Assembly: GCA_963727805.1 (NCBI GenBank)
Contig: CAVSHF010000003.1
Span: 640,001-704,000, forward strand
Source: an uncultured Nitrospiraceae bacterium
Lineage (GTDB): Bacteria > Nitrospirota > Thermodesulfovibrionia > Thermodesulfovibrionales > Dissulfurispiraceae
Reading direction: 5' to 3'
DNA: 64,000 bases
This document shows, piece after piece, positions 60,927-64,000 of this stretch. Under the pieces are notes generated by a model, which worked only from the letters and a program-made list of their open reading frames with translations, did not search any database and was not told the DNA's origin. Each line of letters opens with the position of its first letter. The first letter of the stretch is position 1. The position numbers and the translations under genes were made by a program.

Positions 60927-61377
60927 GGCTTGTTCCCCTTTTAATAGCCCTTGATCTTTCCTCGATTCAGTGGACACCGAATTAGCTTAGGCTGTTAAGG
61001 CATCCATTTCGAAGGATACCAGAGACCGATTTCCCAGGCATGAATTTCTCCTTTGACGATTATAAACTATTTCGATATATTTGAAAAATGCTCTGCATCG
61101 CCTCTGCCCTCCTCGTATACCTGCCACTCATTCCGATTCTTTCATGCCGCCTGTTCCGATTTATTCCTGTCACCCCGGGCAAAGAGCATTCCTTCGTTAG
61201 AAAAGAGACCAGCACAGGATGGTTCGCAGCGCACACAAACTGCTCCTCAAAGGTGAAACAGTTCGAGGCTAATATGGCGCGGTGGCTTGATAAAGTGATA
61301 ACGATATGACGCTGATTGCACCCGCGGCTTTCAATATGTTATCATACATACATAAGTGTAATCTTGGAGGTATATAC

Positions 61378-61623
61378 ATGATTCGAACTCAGGTGCAGTT
61401 GACAGCAAAGCAAGTAGAACGGATCAAAGCCATCGCCGCAATCAAGAGGCAATCTATGGCCGAGGTAGTTCGAGAGGCGATAGACGCAATGCTTGAGGGC
61501 GACAATGTGCCTGATCCGGGCGAGCGTCGTCAACGGGCCCTGGCACTAGCCGGTAAATATCAAGGCAAGGAGGACCTCTCAGTCCGTCATGACGATTATC
61601 TATCCGAGGATTTCGCGCGATGA
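61378..61623 (+). CDS. CopG/ribbon-helix-helix antitoxin
   Basis: MIRTQVQLT..SMAEVVREAID and DLSVRHDDYL; GGAGG RBS. Confidence 0.88.
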   Translation: MIRTQVQLTAKQVERIKAIAAIKRQSMAEVVREAIDAMLEGDNVPDPGERRQRALALAGKYQGKEDLSVRHDDYLSEDFAR

Positions 61624-62054
61624 TGGTTTTTGTAGATACGTCGTTTTTTTTGGCTTACCTGAACGGAGAAGATATTAATCAGGCAGCAGCAAAAACAGCT
61701 TTCGAAAGGGCCATCGCGCAAAATGTGTCTTTTGTTACTACCAACTACGTACTCGTGGAAAGCTTTGCTCTCATACAAAACAGATTGGGCGTCAAAGCAC
61801 TTCGGGATTTCCAGGAAACCATGGTGCCAGTTCTCAGCGTAGAATTTGCAGGTCAGAACGCCCATAATGCAGGTGTTAGTGCCGTCCTCACTGCGTCGAG
61901 GCGGGGACTGAGTTTGGTTGATTGCGTCAGCTTTGAAATTATGCGCACACTTGGAGTTGTGGCCGTGCTCGCTTTTGATAGCCATTTTGAAGAACAGGGA
62001 TTTGCCCAGTTTGTCGAAGAGGAAAACAGTCCGCAGGGTCCCCATTCACGCTGA
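61620..62054 (+). CDS. vapC: PIN-domain toxin (VapC family)
   Basis: VFVDTS, TTNYVLVE, SLVDCVSF and AFDSHF; overlaps the antitoxin stop codon. Confidence 0.9.
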   Translation: MMVFVDTSFFLAYLNGEDINQAAAKTAFERAIAQNVSFVTTNYVLVESFALIQNRLGVKALRDFQETMVPVLSVEFAGQNAHNAGVSAVLTASRRGLSLVDCVSFEIMRTLGVVAVLAFDSHFEEQGFAQFVEEENSPQGPHSR

Positions 62055-62607
62055 AAAGTGTCCCGCATGTATTCATCCCGGGGGCCACAGGCCGTCGCAC
62101 CCGCGCCTTGAAATGCATGCCGGACTGCATCGTCCTCGATAGTGCCAATGAGTGCTGCTACGCAGCATCCATCCAGTGTCGTTGTCGCCTTGGCAGAAGG
62201 ATTGCATTGCAATGAGGCGTAGCTTGGCAGTGGATTTGGTGGAAGGTGTAACCGCAATACTCACTTTACCGAAATCAGTATATTTTTGAGGCCGGTTGAC
62301 TTTTCTTTCTTTGAGTACTATATGTATTTATGATTAAGACAATATTTATCACATTTATAACTTTATGGGCCTCATTGGATCTTCCAACCCTCGCAGGAAT
62401 GTTGATTTTTTCCTCTGGCCTGCTCCTGGCCGCATACATTTGGAAGAGATGGGGAAGCAGCGAGGGGTTTCAAACTATCTAGTTTGTTCCCCTTGGTGGT
62501 CCAGCTGCTGCGTTGCTGAGTTTCATTGCTAACACATTATTTTGGCGTTGGGCAATGATCTGTACTCATCCTGATGTCTCAGGTGAGGGACTAGCCATGT
62601 TGTCCTA

Positions 62608-63402
62608 CTATCTTAATTTCATTCGGATGTAGCGTTTGATGCAGTCCAAACAAAACCGAAGCGTAGGGTGATCTATTTTATTCCTGTACAAATTAACTTC
62701 ATTTTCGCTTGAACTGAGTTTGGTTTCATAGAAATGGACTTTATTTTCATAGGTTATTGGATGCGCAATATCTGATATGGGTTTCTCCAGAGCCCTCAGC
62801 GCTTCCAAGTTTAAGACCGAATTATTTGGCCCAACAAAAAGAAAGGTATTTTGTCTATACCAATATTCAACTGACTTGTTTTTCCAAAGTGCTCCCCTGA
62901 ACAAATCCAAACATTCGTAGCCATTAGATTTGAATAAATCAACCCAGTAAGATTGCCACTGCTCGTTGATATGATTCATTCCACCTTGGTACTTAATCGC
63001 GGCACTAAAAAGCACCGTGTCTGATGCTTCACATAGAAGATTGATGAATTTTTTGGCATTTGCTTCTGAAATGTGTTCGGCAACTTCAAGAGAAATACAT
63101 AGATCATATTTCTCATTTAACTTTGGCATGGCCGCATCAAAGTCAACAGCCGTAAAATTAATATTTTGGCTTAGCAGGGCTTCTTTCTTAACCCATTGTC
63201 CATCCATGCCTTTTAGCATTTTACTTCCAAGAGCCTCGGCCGCTGCTAACCATGCTCCTTGACCACAACCTATGTCAATCACTGTCTGAGGTTTGTAATG
63301 CTCATAAAGCAAACCAAGAACTATCGCTGCGGACTTAGACATCCCTTCGGCAAGTTTCCCATAAAAATCCTCATCATAGATTTCACTAAGGTTCTTATTC
63401 AT
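62608..63402 (-). CDS. Class I SAM-dependent methyltransferase (glycan-associated type)
   Basis: IDIGCGQG, SLEVAEH, FSAA..QGG..HINEQ and WYRQN. Confidence 0.88.
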   Translation of the reverse strand: MNKNLSEIYDEDFYGKLAEGMSKSAAIVLGLLYEHYKPQTVIDIGCGQGAWLAAAEALGSKMLKGMDGQWVKKEALLSQNINFTAVDFDAAMPKLNEKYDLCISLEVAEHISEANAKKFINLLCEASDTVLFSAAIKYQGGMNHINEQWQSYWVDLFKSNGYECLDLFRGALWKNKSVEYWYRQNTFLFVGPNNSVLNLEALRALEKPISDIAHPITYENKVHFYETKLSSSENEVNLYRNKIDHPTLRFCLDCIKRYIRMKLR

Positions 63403-63954
63403 ATTTCTGCACTCCTAATATTCTATCTATCCGAGTTCAGCCACCCCTCATTATAGCAAGATGGACAGTCCATGCGTAAGTTAGGGCAATCACTCATTCT
63501 CAAATAATCTCTGGGACGCGGAAAACTCAGCTTAACGACGAAGATCATCTCATCGCCATGACATGCCGCTACAGTCTTTTTCCTATTTATTATTGGACTT
63601 TCTCAATAGTCCTCGATATCCTTCGCAGAGAAAATCCCTCCCGTGGAAATTCCGTGTCAGTGCGTACGACCGATCCGACTTAGCTCGAACAGTCAGTCCC
63701 GCAAGGCCTATCCAGCCTTATAGACATAAAGCCACGCGCAGCAACGGATTCCTGGGGCTCTCTTCAAAAGACTCTTTATCTAGCAATCAGCAATCGCAGT
63801 CATGCTTGCAAAATATCATCAAATTGCTAACCAAAGACGTCGCGTTCTGGTGATATTACCAAAATGTAAGAAATTATTTGCAACCATGAGAATTAAACGG
63901 TTTGAACAATCATCAAAACATCGAATTATCAATATGTTATTTTGTTACATATAT

Positions 63955-63970
63955 TGGCATATTATATGCT
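63955..63970 (+). promoter_or_regulatory. Possible sigma54 promoter for a gene beyond the window
   Basis: TGGCATATTATATGCT (GG-N10-GC); a partial box TGTAAGAAAT lies at 63865. Confidence 0.45.
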
Positions 63971-64000
63971 TTTAGTTTTATGGATATAGGGTTACTATTA

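Overview
Bacterial chromosomal window; gene content is reminiscent of Nitrospirota/Desulfobacterota, which is an unverified inference. It opens with housekeeping genes (a 5'-truncated, motif-degenerate priA, then ribF, coaE and mutS) and a PilZ-domain gene. A nested mobile element follows. It is a transposase-less element with IS21-like ends (7278-11713, ATATT target duplication) carrying two lipoprotein genes and an IS110 stub. Its left terminal repeat is split by an RT-encoding group II intron with non-canonical ends (7297-9424). Next come a DUF433/DUF5615 toxin-antitoxin pair and a ~33 kb PEP-CTERM/exosortase-associated exopolysaccharide locus. That locus holds prsT, a split Wzc/BY-kinase, a priming transferase with an apparent degenerate GGDEF (RxxD) domain, sugar biosynthesis and tailoring genes, an exosortase and prsK/prsR. 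Three PEP-CTERM genes follow, each with a sigma54 promoter and a shared 17-bp upstream box, with an ORF-less group II intron (49720-50343) between two of them. The right part holds an ExeA-like ATPase, an ankyrin protein, and an apparently intact IS1111-type IS110 element with readable candidate guide segments. It ends with a large S53 protease bearing two near-identical repeat arrays, a RHH/PIN toxin-antitoxin pair and a methyltransferase. All calls come from reading motifs by eye; no database searches were run.
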